From positions 1 to 64,000 of the forward strand of contig NW_003314356.1 of assembly GCF_000143415.4 (NCBI RefSeq): a stretch of DNA of 64,000 nucleotides, in the 5' to 3' direction. The notes under the pieces were generated by a model. It made no database searches, was not told where the DNA came from, and saw only the letters and a program-made list of their open reading frames with translations. Below are positions 1 through 13,499 of this stretch, one piece after another (the first letter of the stretch is position 1; each line of letters begins with the position of its first letter). The DNA is from Selaginella moellendorffii (Eukaryota > Plantae > Lycopodiophyta). Made by a program: the position numbers and the translations under genes.

Positions 1-504
1 ATTTTGGAATTTTGGGGCCATTTTTGTAGGTACCATACTTTATCAAAATCCATAGTTTGAACTAAAGGCTTCCTTTGTGTGGAGCACTGTCTTGAAGATC
101 ATGGGTATAGGGATATTCCCATATATCAAGTCTTGGTAGATCAGGCATTTCCCTTGTCCAAAAGTCCCAAATCCAACACCTCTGGAAGTATCATTTGATT
201 TCTTTTGTGAATTTTATTTTTATGCATATATTTTATAAAGGTGGGAATATATTGATATTGTAAGTGGACTTAGAATGTTTAAGAAAATCATGTAAAATTC
301 TTTTTGAACTTGACCTAAAATATAAGATTAATATAAAATAAATAGATTATAATACTATAGAATGAAATATAGAAAGAACATATAACATGGATTTTGTGGA
401 AAATGCTAATATTGAATACTAAAAATGATTTATAACATTATTATTATTTATAAAGATATTAAAAATAATGATATTCTAAGATATCCTCAAGAATGTTTTG
501 TTTC

Positions 505-537
<33 letters not shown>

Positions 538-2339
538 TCTATTTATATAATTGTATTGTGATATTATTAGCATTTTCTGAACACTATAGTGGTGAGTGAT
601 ATAACGGAGTTTCTTTGTTTAAAAGAAGAAGTAAACTTGTATTGTCATAGAAGTGTCAAAATGTCATCATGTGTGACAAAATTCCATATTTTTTGTTACT
701 GCTCTAATCCCAATTTCCAATGCATGCCATTAATATTACTGCAATAGTAATATAACTATTCAGTAGCTACGTTATTAATAATTAAGAAGCTGTATTATTT
801 GAATTTATTAAGATTATTGTGAAATTTTTAAATTTTTTTTACATCATCATTTAAATTTATCATGGGAGGACCCTAGCATAAATTCTAACTTTTATTTTTT
901 AAGCTATCTGCTATTTGTATGACATGTGGTTTCTCCTTTTTCTCTACTATTTTTAATTTTTATCGTGCTCATTGAACAGCCCACCACTTGATAAGATTTA
1001 ACACCCTTTCAGCTGTTGAATCTGTGATAATAACAAATACAACTCAAAAACAAAATCAGTCTATGCTATCAATTTTTTACCCAAGGAACTTCATGTGCTT
1101 GGATGTACCAGAAAGGACTCCTTAGCTTATGGAACTGGAGAAGGTAGCTCGAGTTTTTCTTTCATCTCTGAGAAGAAGCTAATAAAGCTTTTGCTTGTAG
1201 TAACCTGAGCATAGATGGTGAAAACTGGTGGCAAGGCCATGCACATGCTTACTCAATTCCCAGCCAAGGCACTCTTAAAAGGATTGATTCACCAAGTTTA
1301 ATATTTGTAGCATCACAAGTCTCCCTGCAAGCTGACTTGGTCACTCCGGAGAAACTGAGAGACAGTCTACTTCATGATTGAGTTGAAGGAACTCAAGTTG
1401 GTTGTTTGGTTGTTGTTGCTGTTTGTGGGATTGAAACACCAGAGGATCTTCTCATAGATTGCCTGGGACATGAATGCATCCTTGCCAACACTGATTTTCA
1501 GGGGTTGTTCATGTAAGTAGTACTCATTTCCTTCAAGTTTGATACTACGCAGGTTGGGTCATTTGTTTGACACAGCAAGGCGTGAATTTCATCGTTAGCA
1601 TGTAGCTCTAGATCATAAAAAAAAATTGGTTTTTTTACTTCCATACTTGGTCCCGGTGGGAGTGTGAAAGCTTTTCTCTCAAATTTACCAGACACTTGCT
1701 GGGCAGGAATGATGGTACATATGCATGAGTTTTTCCTCTAGTGTTTTTCAATCTCTTTCTCTTTCTTGAGCAACTATGGCAATGCTTTCCAAAACTTATA
1801 CACATATGGTGGATACAGCATTCTTCCCTGCATTGATGCTGTTATTGCCTACATCTCTGAAGATAACAGCACATAGATGATAATTTGATAACATCACTTG
1901 ATATCAAATCAAAATCTGGATTTGATCATTTGTAATCTGGATCTATAATACAGCACACTTAGGGATGGACGGTTGCCTGTGAAAGTCTGCAAGAACAAGG
2001 TAACTGTAGAGCTGCAAGGAATGAACCTTCAGGAACTTACTCTATGAGGAATCAAATAATCCAGAACACCTTCTGCTCAAGGTTCCTCGGGGATATGAAG
2101 AAAGAAACATTTAGACTGCGAGAGATTCCTTAATGACCTTGCCATAAGCAAACACGTCTGGTTGGGCATATAAACTCGTTGTTTGTTATGCCAATTTACT
2201 GACAATCTCATCTGAATGAATCGTCAGCCTGTGGTAACGAGAGTAATAACAAACTTACTTCTCAAAATCACTGATTGCTGTCTTTTAATGATTCCAATGA
2301 AGTCGCACAGAACAACTTGATGTTTGTTACTATCTGAAA

Positions 2340-3060
2340 GTACTGAGCTCTCCTTCACCAATGCGCAAAAACGCAGAAAAGCGAGAGTGTTGAGGCTGAT
2401 ATCGTCACTAAACTTGTTTTCTTATGAATGCAAGAATGCCATTCACAGTCTGTGAATATTGTGTTCTTGGTTTCAGTAATGTGTTGAAAGTTATTTCTGG
2501 CAACTTTCTCCACCAGTTCAAATGCAAGATGCATAATGCCGCTATCTCTATCTGTTGCAGCAGTAATAAAAATCTGTAATTGATAAAGCATTGATACCTT
2601 GTCCAAAATTACTATAATTTACCATAACCATAATTTTCCAGCCAGATTTTACGTTGCCAACTCGGATCCTGCCTCTGTTGAGACCTGTGGCACTCAGGAG
2701 GAACCTGGCAACCTCTTCAGGAATTTTCTCCACTTCTTGGCTTTTACAAGGAAATCAATACTCATGCAAGGCTTCTGGTTGAATAGTATGATTCCTTTCT
2801 GCATAGTGTAAAAAACTTGGAATGCCCAGTTCTTCATGCATCCCTGGTGTATAGGGTGGAAAAGTTACAGAAGAAATTCTCAGCACTGGCGCTCTCTTAC
2901 AATAAAGCAGGGATAGAGGTTACCTGAAGCTCAAGGTTGTGAACACGTCTTTGACTGCATTTAAGTTGATGCTTGATCTGTTTCTGATTCTAATGGTTCA
3001 GTGGTCTCATCCCCGACTTCTGTAGCAATAGCTCCTCCCATGGATATGCTTAGAGTGTCC
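2340..3060 (-). pseudogene. Captured fragments of a BIG-type ARF guanine-nucleotide exchange factor (start of Sec7 domain fused to a distal HDS segment)
   Basis: Minus-strand translations RRVHNLELQ / KGIILFNQKP..IDFLVKAKK / EKIPEEVARFLLSATGLNRG resemble the Sec7 N-terminus. They are joined directly to NVKSGWK / IFITAATD...LAFELVEK...HITETKNTIFTDC, typical of plant BIG GEFs. Small introns and frameshifts are present. Confidence 0.8.
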
Positions 3061-3790
3061 GAATGTCTACTTCAATGCCATAATTTCTCGCATAGACAAT
3101 GAAACTATAACTCTGATATCATGTCCTGCAGAAATAAGTTTCTTGCCAATAAGGTCCTGTCCGCAGAAAAATCCAGATTGTTTAAAAAAGAAAACCGATG
3201 AATGACATGATCACCTGTGTCGCATTGAAGGCACGTTTTAAATATTTCAACGTCCAGGCAAGTATCACTAATCTGCATAGTGGAAGCTAGCAAGGAAAGA
3301 AAACCACAGTTTGTCTGACCTGATCAAAAAATTGGGCCAGTGCAAAACCTCCTAGATGACCTTTGCCAGTCCCAACAAAAGAACAACTTCCTCTCCAATC
3401 TGGAAGAAGCAAGTAATCAGATTTGAATGAAAGGATATGAATTTCAGTACCTTCAAATCAGGGGTGACGATGAGTGTAATGTCTGGACAAGTCACATACG
3501 ACTAATGACGAGATTCGCAAGTGCCTTGACAGTTTCACCACCTGCTTGAGCAGCCATTGACAAGCTGTCCTTTCCACCTTCTATTGCAACCTCAAGCTCG
3601 ATCACAGTGTCACGAAGAGCAACAGCAGGATTGTACATATATTTCGGAATCAAGTTCAACCTGCAAAGTTAAACAGATCATAAGGTGTGTAAACACAATT
3701 AAGATGAGAGTACCTTAGCCCAAACAAGATTCGTCAAAGCTTCTCCAAGCGCCAGCCTAGCCATAGCTGCAGGATTCAGCAGTCCCTGCA
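3060..3790 (-). pseudogene. PUR4: Captured fragment of phosphoribosylformylglycinamidine (FGAM) synthase, PurL-type
   Basis: Exonic peptides GLLNPAAMARLALGEALTNLVWAK, IELEVAIEGGKDSLSMAA..GGETVKA, LAKGHLGGFALAQFFDQ and ISAGHDI match conserved FGAM synthase motifs. Interrupted by ~50-nt introns and frameshifts. Confidence 0.85.
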
Positions 3791-4616
3791 AATTGTCTTC
3801 AGAAAAAAGTAAAGAATTTTCAATCTACCTTGATCGGTTGTTCACCAATAGTGCATGCAGCATGTTGCACTTAGCAAGCTTGGACACATCCTTGACATGT
3901 TCATGGAGTCACATGAAACCATGGAGTTTGTGGATGCGTCGCTTCTTCCACCTCACAGCCAGCTCCTGGAGAACGTTTGTGGCTTGCAGAGACTTTGGAA
4001 TCTGGCCGGATGGGAAATACAGGGGCGAGGATCCGGCCTGCACACAGCAAAAATGTTTTGAGACAAAACAACGACAAAGGTTTTATTGCACCTTTGGTTT
4101 GCAATAATCTATGAAAGACCATCGCAGTCTCTTGATCTTCCAAAGTCATTTCAAACAATGACATGACCACTGAGTGAGTATAAATATCCTTCCTTCAACA
4201 AGACTGTATGGCACAGAAAATGTGGCGAACAGGAGTGGTTGCCAGTGGGGAAGTCGTCGTGGAGCTGGAGCTTGTGTTCTTCAGACTGTCCACCTTTGAC
4301 CTGTCCCAGGCAAGGTGCGTGTGTCGCAAATAGCGATGAGCAATCCACGATCCTGGCTTTCGCAAAGGGTATGCACACGCCCACCAAAGGCAGCTTGTCC
4401 TGTATGAATTTGCCCGATCGCCCTAAAAAATTTCACTTGATTTGAAGCGTCATTAATTGAAGCGTTGCCACCCCTTTAGCACTTCATCCATGCCATCTAT
4501 TTGAAGTTTTTGAATTTAAGCCATTAGATTATAAGCATATTCAGAAATAATATTCTAAAAATGGAATAAAAGACGCCGGATGCCATATGCCAATAGCACG
4601 TTTAAATAAGGGAGTA

Positions 4617-7600
4617 CTAGCAGAGACCCCAGCTCCGCTGGGAGATATAGCATACCCAAGATAAATAGATCTTCTTTTCTAATTTTATTGTATACAAGGT
4701 TAAATTTATCAGATGCATTATAATCTATTATCAGATAAATGATAAATCAGAAATCATAGATGAATTCTCAATAAAAAAATTAGTTATAATTCCATTGTTG
4801 TGAATATTCAAGTGACAATAGAAATGATGACTAACATATATTATTCCCCCTTTCAATTATATTCTGAGACTCTCTCACTCGAGAAGCTCTCATATTCAAA
4901 GCTTGATTTTAGATCTTGATATAGTTTATCTTTGGGAGGTATAGCATACCCAAGATAGATAAATCTTGTTTTTCTAGTCTTACAGTTTTAGAAATTTTTC
5001 TTGTATATAAAGTTAGATTTATCTAAAATTTTTTACTATTCATCTCAAGGGAAATGCACAATAATTCAAAAAGATAATAATGCAAGTGTTGGGGAAGATA
5101 AAATCATTTTTTATCATCATTAAATTTAAATTTGATGTTTTTATTACCTTTATAACATGGTGCACAACCCTAAAAAAATCTACAGAATTGCTGCCATGCT
5201 TGAAAAGCAATTGAGTTTTCACAAAACCAAAGAATCATAGACTACCAAAAAATTAATAGGTTAGTTTGAGAAATTATAATTTTAACTGCATACTGAGTTA
5301 AATTCTTTTCATCTGAACTATAATAATGCCTCTAACATTCATAGTTTACTAAAGAATAATAGAATTTCTATTATGTGTCTGGTTTACATTTTAAAACATA
5401 CATAAATATTTATCTAGCTTGCTACCACATTTATATTAAACCTCATAAGCTGCATGGTTTAGATTCTAGATTCCAGAGCAAAATAATATTCTCTTTTATA
5501 TTCATCCAAAGATAATAATTACGTTAGAGTTATAATTTTGTGTTAAGACAAATCTGTATTACTGCTTCATGATAAAATTATAAATTCATTTCTGATATAA
5601 GATGTGGTATCTAATATGGTATAAGATATCTCATACACATACAAATATCAAATCAATTTCTTAATAATATCTGAAAATTTAGCAAAGACTTTTATATTTT
5701 TATGTAATCTTCTTGCTCATAACCTACTTAAATCTATCGTCAGCTTTATATGAGTTTTATCTTTTGTCTAAATATTGAAAAAATGATTTATTTTCTATAG
5801 TTAAAACGTATGCTTTATATAAGTCTGGCAAATATAACTCCACTGGCAAATATAAAAATAATATTTTTAAAATACTTATATGAGATTTTTTATAAAATTA
5901 AATTATTAATACACCTATAATGCAGAACATAATTTAACATAGATCAAGAGTGTGTAAGAAATTTTGTACCTTATAATATAAAAGATAACTACTATGAAAT
6001 TCAAATGATGAAGAGACAAAATACTTGAGAAGGAAAAACATAGAAGAAATTTTTACAAATAAGGATTAAAAATGTTAGAAAGAGATTTCTAAATGAACTT
6101 CTTATGAAAAAGAGTTTCAGGTTAAACATTAGTAGAACAACTTCCAATTAAATATCTAAATTGTTAGGAATAAATTTGAAAATATTAAACTAAGATTTCT
6201 CAAGATTATATTTAGATGATATCATCCTAGAAGTTATGATTATAAAAGCTTATAGATGTTATGACTTTGAAAGCTTTAATAAACTCTGAAACCTGCAACA
6301 ATTTTATTCAAGATTGTGTCTAGCCAAAGGATTTTAAATTATATATACATAAAAATTTAAAAAATTTCAGTTTAAATATAAAATTAAAATTAATATAATA
6401 AAACTGAAATTATCTAAATTATAACATGATTATAAACAATGAAAGATTATATTAAAGATTAATTTTGTAAGAAAAGCTAGATCTAGCACATAAATAATAG
6501 TATTAATATATTTTGTACATGTTACTATATTTAATACAGTGTAATAATATTATCAATGCTGGGAGAAATGAAAATTAAGGATTAAAGTCCCAGCTACATT
6601 GGGAGTATTGTGTTTATTTCTAATGTCTTAGTAATTTAAAAGAGTTGTAATTGTAATTTTAATTTCAAAAATAATCATAATGATAACATATATATTTAAA
6701 CATAATATAATATTTATATTAAAATTCAATTCTATAATTGACCCTATCACCAGCACATATCATAACATAATAAATATAGCTCATAGCATTATATTTCATA
6801 TAAAATTTTAACTGCTGAGTGAAGTTTTGGATATTTTATAAATGGAATAGCTTACAATGGAATCCCTTGGGCAGATGAGTCATTTANNNNNNNNNNNNNN
6901 NNNNNNNNNNNNNNNNNNNNNNNNNNNNNNNNNNNNNNNNNNNNNNNNNNNNNNNNNNNNNNNNNNNNNNNNNNNNNNNNNNNNNNNNNNNNNNNNNNNN
7001 NNNNNNNNNNNNNNNNNNNNNNNNNNNNNNNNNNNNNNNNNNNNNNNNNNNNNNNNNNNNNNNNNNNNNNNNNNNNNNNNNNNNNNNNNNNNNNNNNNNN
7101 NNNNNNNNNNNNNNNNNNNNNNNNNNNNNNNNNNNNNNNNNNNNNNNNNNNNNNNNNNNNNNNNNNNNNNNNNNNNNNNNNNNNNNNNNNNNNNNNNNNN
7201 NNNNNNNNNNNNNNNNNNNNNNNNNNNNNNNNNNNNNNNNNNNNNNNNNNNNNNNNNNNNNNNNNNNNNNNNNNNNNNNNNNNNNNNNNNNNNNNNNNNN
7301 NNNNNNNNNNNNNNNNNNNNNNNNNNNNNNNNNNNNNNNNNNNNNNNNNNNNNNNNNNNNNNNNNNNNNNNNNNNNNNNNNNNNNNNNNNNNNNNNNNNN
7401 NNNNNNNNNNNNNNNNNNNNNNNNNNNNNNNNNNNNNNNNNNNNNNNNNNNNNNNNNNNNNNNNNNNNNNNNNNNNNNNNNNNTCTTTTCTTCACGAACT
7501 CGGTAATTCTACGAACTCTACAAACAGAGACAAATCCCTTCCTAGGGTTAGAAATAGGATAAATGAAACGTACCATCTACATATCAATCTGCAAAGCATA

Positions 7601-7811
7601 CTTAAGCAAAGCATTCCCTCCCAGTCGATGGAGCGGTTGCAAATCTAGAATTGAAACAGTACCTCCCATATTGCCATCTTGGCCGTCTATATCAATCGTC
7701 ACAGATTTGGACAGTCAGATTAATAGTATCTACCATAAGTAAAAATGGATATTCTTAAAATGGAATATGTGACGCCGATGCCAAAATAGCAACTTTAAAA
7801 AAAGAGTTTGA
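4617..7811 (-). mobile_element. Non-autonomous Helitron-like unit (spans gap 6887-7483)
   Basis: Minus-strand 3' end: hairpin CCCAGC-GGA-GCTGGG, then GTCTCTG-CTAG (4617-4620). Minus-strand 5' end: TCAAACTCTTT..TTTAAAG at 7811. The AT-rich body is homologous to 59826-61535. Confidence 0.75.
6887..7483. other. Assembly gap (N run)
   Basis: Run of n characters. Confidence 1.
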
Positions 7812-8315
7812 CTAGCAGAGACCCCAGCTCCGCTGGGAGATATAGCATACCCAAGATAAATAATTCTTCTTTTCTAATTTTATTGTATACAAAGTTAAAT
7901 TTATCAGATGCATTATAATTTATTATCAGGTAAATGATAAATCAGAAATCATAGATGAATTCTCAATAAAAAATTTAGTTATAATTCTATTGTTGTGAAT
8001 ATTCAAGTGACAATAGAAATGATGACTAACATATATTATTCCCCCTTTCAATTATATTCTGAGACTCTCGCTCGAGAAGCTCTCATATTCAAAGCTTGAT
8101 TTTAGATCTTGATATAGTTTATCTCTGGGAGGTATAGCATACCCAAGATAGATAAATCTTGTTTTTCTAGTTTTACAGTTTTAGAAATTTTTCTTGTATA
8201 TAAAGTTAGATTTATCTAAAATTTTCTACTATTCATCTCAAGGGAAATGCACAATAATTCAAAAAGATAATAATGCAAGTGTTGGGGAAGATAAGATCAT
8301 TTTTTATCATCATCA

Positions 8316-8350
8316 TCCTTCTATATTTAAAAGAGCAAGGGCGACATACC
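8316..8350 (+). mobile_element. Plus-strand Helitron 5'-like terminus inserted in an (ATC)n run
   Basis: a|TCCTTCTATATTTAAAAGAGCAAGGGCGACATA interrupts the repeat body and resembles the minus-strand 5' end at 16250. Confidence 0.5.
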
Positions 8351-10057
8351 ATTAGATTACTGATAAAAACTAAATTATTATACAGAAGAAGAAGCTAGAA
8401 ATATTAAGTTCTCTATTTTAAGTTAGAATATATCATATTGTTATATACACTATTTTCTTCATATTATACTTTAAAATATTTTTATGATTTCTGAATTCTA
8501 TGTTTTCAACAAATTACATATAATAAATTCTCTATAAGTACATAGTATTTTATTTTATTTTTATAGTATTTTTATATTTGCATTTGACATCCTCCCCATT
8601 CATAGTATTTATATTCATACTTTTAAGAGTAACTAATGAAAAGTTAAAATATTATATTATATATCATTATCATTATTTCTGTATATAGTTTTATATAAAG
8701 ATAATGCTAATATGAATTAAGATTATTATCTCTATGTTTCAATTATTTTTATTCAATATTATTGCATTATAACAATGTTATTGAGGAGCTGTAATAGCTG
8801 GAGCTATTCAACTCTTCTATTGAATAGAAGAGTTGAATAGGATTGAATAGAAGTTATTTTCTATCATATTTCTATATATGATCGAAATATATCATTTTCT
8901 ATAGTCACTCTATTGTACCATCTTTGTACTACAAACTTATGTTTAATTTTAATAATGTAGTATCAAATTAATCAAATACTCTTTGTTCTATAAAGGTTTC
9001 ATTTTATAGAACAAAGAGTATGTTGAAATATCTACTGAGAGATATACCATACCCAAGAGAAATAGATCTTCTTTTCTAATTTTACAATGTTAGAAATTAT
9101 GATTGTAAACAATGTTAAATTTATCTTAATTTTGCTACTATTCATCTCTAGAGAAATGGACAATAATGCAATTAAATAATAATGCAAATTTTGGGGAATA
9201 TAAGATCAGTTTTTAATCATCATTAAATTTGAATTTGAAATTTTTTATTACCATTTTATTAAAAAATTTATTTGAATTTGATTTTTTATTGCAAGTAGAA
9301 TAGCTTTGGTAGGTGTTAGTTCTGTTTAGATCATCATGCAACGATGCTGTTTCTTATTGATAAGTATTTTTGGTTTTTTTTCTGTTTTGTATTCAAGCAA
9401 ACACAGCAATAGCACAATAGAATAGAGATTCTTGTATGTGCAAGTCACTCTTTTTTCTGTTTTACTGTTTTCTGCCTGCACGTTTCCTTTTGAATGTTTT
9501 AAGCGTTTTTAGGATTGTGATCTAGAACGACATATAGACTTTTTTGTTTTTTACCTAATACCTTTACGAGAGAGAGCAAAACACTAAATAAAATCAAACA
9601 CGGAAATCATTTCTATGCCCTGAGTTAATGTACAAATATCATGTACTGAATCAAACCAAGCTCATGGCTTCAAAGGTGTGTCTATAAACACGTACATACA
9701 CAACAGTTGTCTTATTCCTTCAGAAATGGCTTTTTTAAAAACAGTTCATGGCTTTGTCTGTAAGAAAGTAGAGTAGGCTGCCAATGTAGAGCTCCAATCC
9801 TTGTTCTCCACCACCTCAGCTGCCATGTACTTCGCTGTTGTGATATCTCCTAAAGGTGCTGATCACCACTTTCTCGCACTTTCTTTTTTAGCTTGGAAAG
9901 AATGTTGTCGAGCTTGAGATCCTGGTGACCCACGCCTCTCAAATAAATCTATTTGAAATTCTTTACCAGTTGCTTGATGATTCTGGCTGCTTTCTCCTCA
10001 CCAATCTTCTTGCAAATATGCTATATTTAAAAGACCACATAATTATGGAATAACGCC

Positions 10058-10590
10058 TTAAGAAATGAAGGCAATATTTCCACCAATGAACGTAACCACT
10101 CGAGGAAAAATGCCCGTGCCCTGTCCAAAAGGAGACTCAGACAACACTACAAAGTCGGCAAACTTTCCTTGCATCAGCGACCCAACCAAATCCTCTAATG
10201 CAGCTGCATACACAGCCGAGGATGTGTACCTGTGAATCCAAAAACACGAACTGCATTTCAGTTTTCTCATCTGTTTTCTCTTACCCTGCCACTGCGTCCC
10301 ATGCAGAAATCCTTTCCTTGGGAATCCAGGGATGACTCCAGCCCGAAGGTGTTCTCTCCATGGCAGTGCGGATCCCTCCAACTGGATTCACTGCTACCAC
10401 CTTGAGACAAACCATTCACGTAACGCCAAAGAAAAAGTAATTGACAGGCTTACAGGCCAGTCGGATCCTAACCACGCTACTGTTTTCGAGGGACCAGAGG
10501 TTATAAGATCCGCGTGAGCGCCTTCTCACCAAGTTTCTTCACGGCGTAGTAAGCATCATCTAGAAGTTGCTCTGGCTGTACAAAAATATA
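10058..10590 (-). pseudogene. Captured C-terminal fragment of LAF3-like amidohydrolase (amidohydrolase 3 family)
   Basis: QPEQLLDDAYYAVKKLGEK, GSDWP (frameshifted) and YTSSAVYAAALEDLVGSLMQGKFADFVVLS match the plant LAF3 amidohydrolase C-terminus. Confidence 0.8.
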
Positions 10591-10779
10591 GGGTTTTGCA
10601 ATGGAGGCAAAATGCAGTCGATGCGCACAATGCATGGTTTCTTCGGACTCTCTCTGCTCGGTTTGGCCTTTACTACGGTCTTTTGGACGTCCTGTGGTTT
10701 CCTCCTGTGATGTTTTCCTTCCTGGCGTTAGAGAGTAACTGAGGATCAAACGAAACAAACCTCGCCATGTAAGATTGCA

Positions 10780-11911
10780 CTGCCTGAGCAAAGCCAGGCT
10801 TGTACGAGAAGAGCAGCCCACGGAAGAGCTTCCCATCGATGGAGGCTTCTAGTTGAATACGTCGCTTACTCTAGCCTCGAACATCTTCTCGCCTAGCGGC
10901 TGAACGTGAGCTTGAAACTCTGTAGCATGAGTTTGACAGGGAAATATTGGAGAGGTCCAAGGTTTTCCACAGATACCTCCGTGAGATGAAACCAAGCTCT
11001 TGTCCACATCCCGTTGCTTGTCTAGCATGAATGGCGTGGCACGATACTCTTGCCGCCTTCTCTTAAGTTCCTTACGCATGGATAGCTTTGGTTCTGATGG
11101 ATCTTTCTCCCTCAGCATCTCTTCACAGAAAAACGGCAACCATATTGTCAAGAATGGCAGCAATGTCAATAAAAGAAGAAGCCAACCTGTGTCGAGGAAA
11201 TACATGTCATCCAGAGCTTCAAGCTCTTTGTTACATCCCTCATAGACGAATAATATGCCTCACTCTGCGTCCACAGAATCTCCTGCAAGGGAGAAACGTG
11301 GAGAAGGCCTGGAACCAGAGGGATTCGAAGTCGCCCAAACACCAGTCGCTGCAAAATACATAAAAGCCCCATGAGAGACCAACAGGAAACAAATCTACCT
11401 ACAAGCGCACGTACTTAAGTCAAGAGTATGGACATCATTGAATAGCTTGCGATCATCGGAGAATCCTCCAAACACGACAAGATACTTTCCATGGCTGATT
11501 GTTGTGTGCCCGGCTCTTGGCATCAGCTCGGCACCAGTCGTCTTTACCTCCGCCATGCCATTGTTTCTGGAAACGCAAATGAATTCGCAAGTTTAAAACC
11601 AGCACAATGTATGTACCTGTGTCCAGAATATGAACATCGTTTAGATAGGCATTACCACCGTCCTCGCCACCCATGACAACGAAACAGTTCTTAAGGTATG
11701 GCTATCCCGAGAAATAGGCGAGACTCCAGTGGTAGAAATCTTCTCCCAGACAAAAGTATCTACAGGAAAAAAAAAAGTTTAGAAGAAAACAAGGAAAGTT
11801 AACAGGATATTACTCGTGTTCAAAACATGGAGGTCGTTGTAGTACTCCTCCTCTGAGGGATCGCTGGATTTCCCACTTCTTCCAAACATGAACAGGTTGT
11901 CACCAATGAGA
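10780..11911 (-). pseudogene. Captured fragment of a Kelch-repeat (galactose oxidase/Kelch superfamily) protein
   Basis: LIGDNLFMFG..YYNDLHVL, GGEDGGNAYLNDVHILD and LVVFGGFSDDRKLFNDVHTLDL are Kelch blades. C-terminal KLSMRKELKRRRQE and FEARVSDVF. Introns and frameshifts present. Confidence 0.85.
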
Positions 11912-12606
11912 NNNNNNNNNNNNNNNNNNNNNNNNNNNNNNNNNNNNNNNNNNNNNNNNNNNNNNNNNNNNNNNNNNNNNNNNNNNNNNNNNNNNNNNNN
12001 NNNNNNNNNNNNNNNNNNNNNNNNNNNNNNNNNNNNNNNNNNNNNNNNNNNNNNNNNNNNNNNNNNNNNNNNNNNNNNNNNNNNNNNNNNNNNNNNNNNN
12101 NNNNNNNNNNNNNNNNNNNNNNNNNNNNNNNNNNNNNNNNNNNNNNNNNNNNNNNNNNNNNNNNNNNNNNNNNNNNNNNNNNNNNNNNNNNNNNNNNNNN
12201 NNNNNNNNNNNNNNNNNNNNNNNNNNNNNNNNNNNNNNNNNNNNNNNNNNNNNNNNNNNNNNNNNNNNNNNNNNNNNNNNNNNNNNNNNNNNNNNNNNNN
12301 NNNNNNNNNNNNNNNNNNNNNNNNNNNNNNNNNNNNNNNNNNNNNNNNNNNNNNNNNNNNNNNNNNNNNNNNNNNNNNNNNNNNNNNNNNNNNNNNNNNN
12401 NNNNNNNNNNNNNNNNNNNNNNNNNNNNNNNNNNNNNNNNNNNNNNNNNNNNNNNNNNNNNNNNNNNNNNNNNNNNNNNNNNNNNNNNNNNNNNNNNNNN
12501 NNNNNNNNNNNNNNNNNNNNNNNNNNNNNNNNNNNNNNNNNNNNNNNNNNNNNNNNNNNNNNNNNNNNNNNNNNNNNNNNNNNNNNNNNNNNNNNNNNNN
12601 NNNNNN
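11912..12606. other. Assembly gap (N run)
   Basis: Run of n characters. Confidence 1.
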
Positions 12607-13163
12607 AAATCGAAGGAACTCACTCAAAGGTGTTGGATAAGGAACAAATGTAGGTTGCGGCTTTTGGTAGGAGGTTTTTTGGTCCCTCACCAGGCTCGAC
12701 GCCGCTGTTGCTGCAATTGGCCGGAATATCTTGGTCATCCTGGAACATCTCAAGTTAGAATCGCAGGGACGACGATAGGGGGGTCGAGACTCTTTTACCA
12801 GATGATATTCTCAGTTGAGTACTTTTTCCATAAGTGTGACTCTTTTCTTCACGAACTCGGTAATTCTACGAACTCTACAAACAGAGACAAATCCCTTCCT
12901 AGGGTTAGAAATAGGATAAATGAAACGTACCATCTACATATCAATCTGCAAAGCATACTTAAGCAAAGCATTCCCTCCCAGTCGATGGAGCGGTTGCAAA
13001 TCTAGAATTGAAACAGTACCTCCCATATTGCCATCTTGGCCGTCTATATCAATCGTCACAGATTTGGACAGTCAGATTAATAGTATCTACCATAAGTAAA
13101 AATGGATATTCTTAAAATGGAATATGTGACGCCGATGCCAAAATAGCAACTTTAAATAAAGAG

Positions 13164-13165
<2 letters not shown>

Positions 13166-13196
<31 letters not shown>
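13166..13196. repeat. (TGA)n / (ATC)n microsatellite
   Basis: About 10 tandem TGA units. Confidence 0.95.
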
Positions 13197-13499
13197 AGTA
13201 ATCACAAAGCCTTTTATAAGAGAAATCAAGTTTATAAATAATTAATTTGCTTTTAATTTGTAATTTTTTATAAATAAATGAGAAAAAAGAATAGCAGGGA
13301 TTCCAGCAGAAAAAATAAACCAGGGATCCCATCTCTGCTAGGAAGTAGATATAGAAATCTATAAATGTAAATTAGTTTTCTGAAATAAAAATATACTTTA
13401 ATGATTCAGTGAATTAATATTTGTTTTTTTTAAGTTCTAATTTATTTCCTGAACTTGTGTTACTTAAGTGGTTAATAGATTTAACGTTTTTAGATTGTC

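Larger units (their letters stand above)
7812..13168 (-). mobile_element. Helitron-like unit carrying LAF3 and Kelch gene fragments
   Basis: 3' hairpin+CTAG at 7812-7815. 5' TC end at 13168, next to a (TGA)n microsatellite. 12841-13168 is near-identical to 7484-7811. Confidence 0.7.

Noticed and set aside
7484-7811. Biological significance of the near-identical duplication with 12841-13168
   Set aside because: It begins at a gap edge, so an assembly or haplotype artefact cannot be excluded. Treated only as a repeat terminus.
6857-12753. Long ORFs containing X runs
   Set aside because: Artefacts of translating N gaps.
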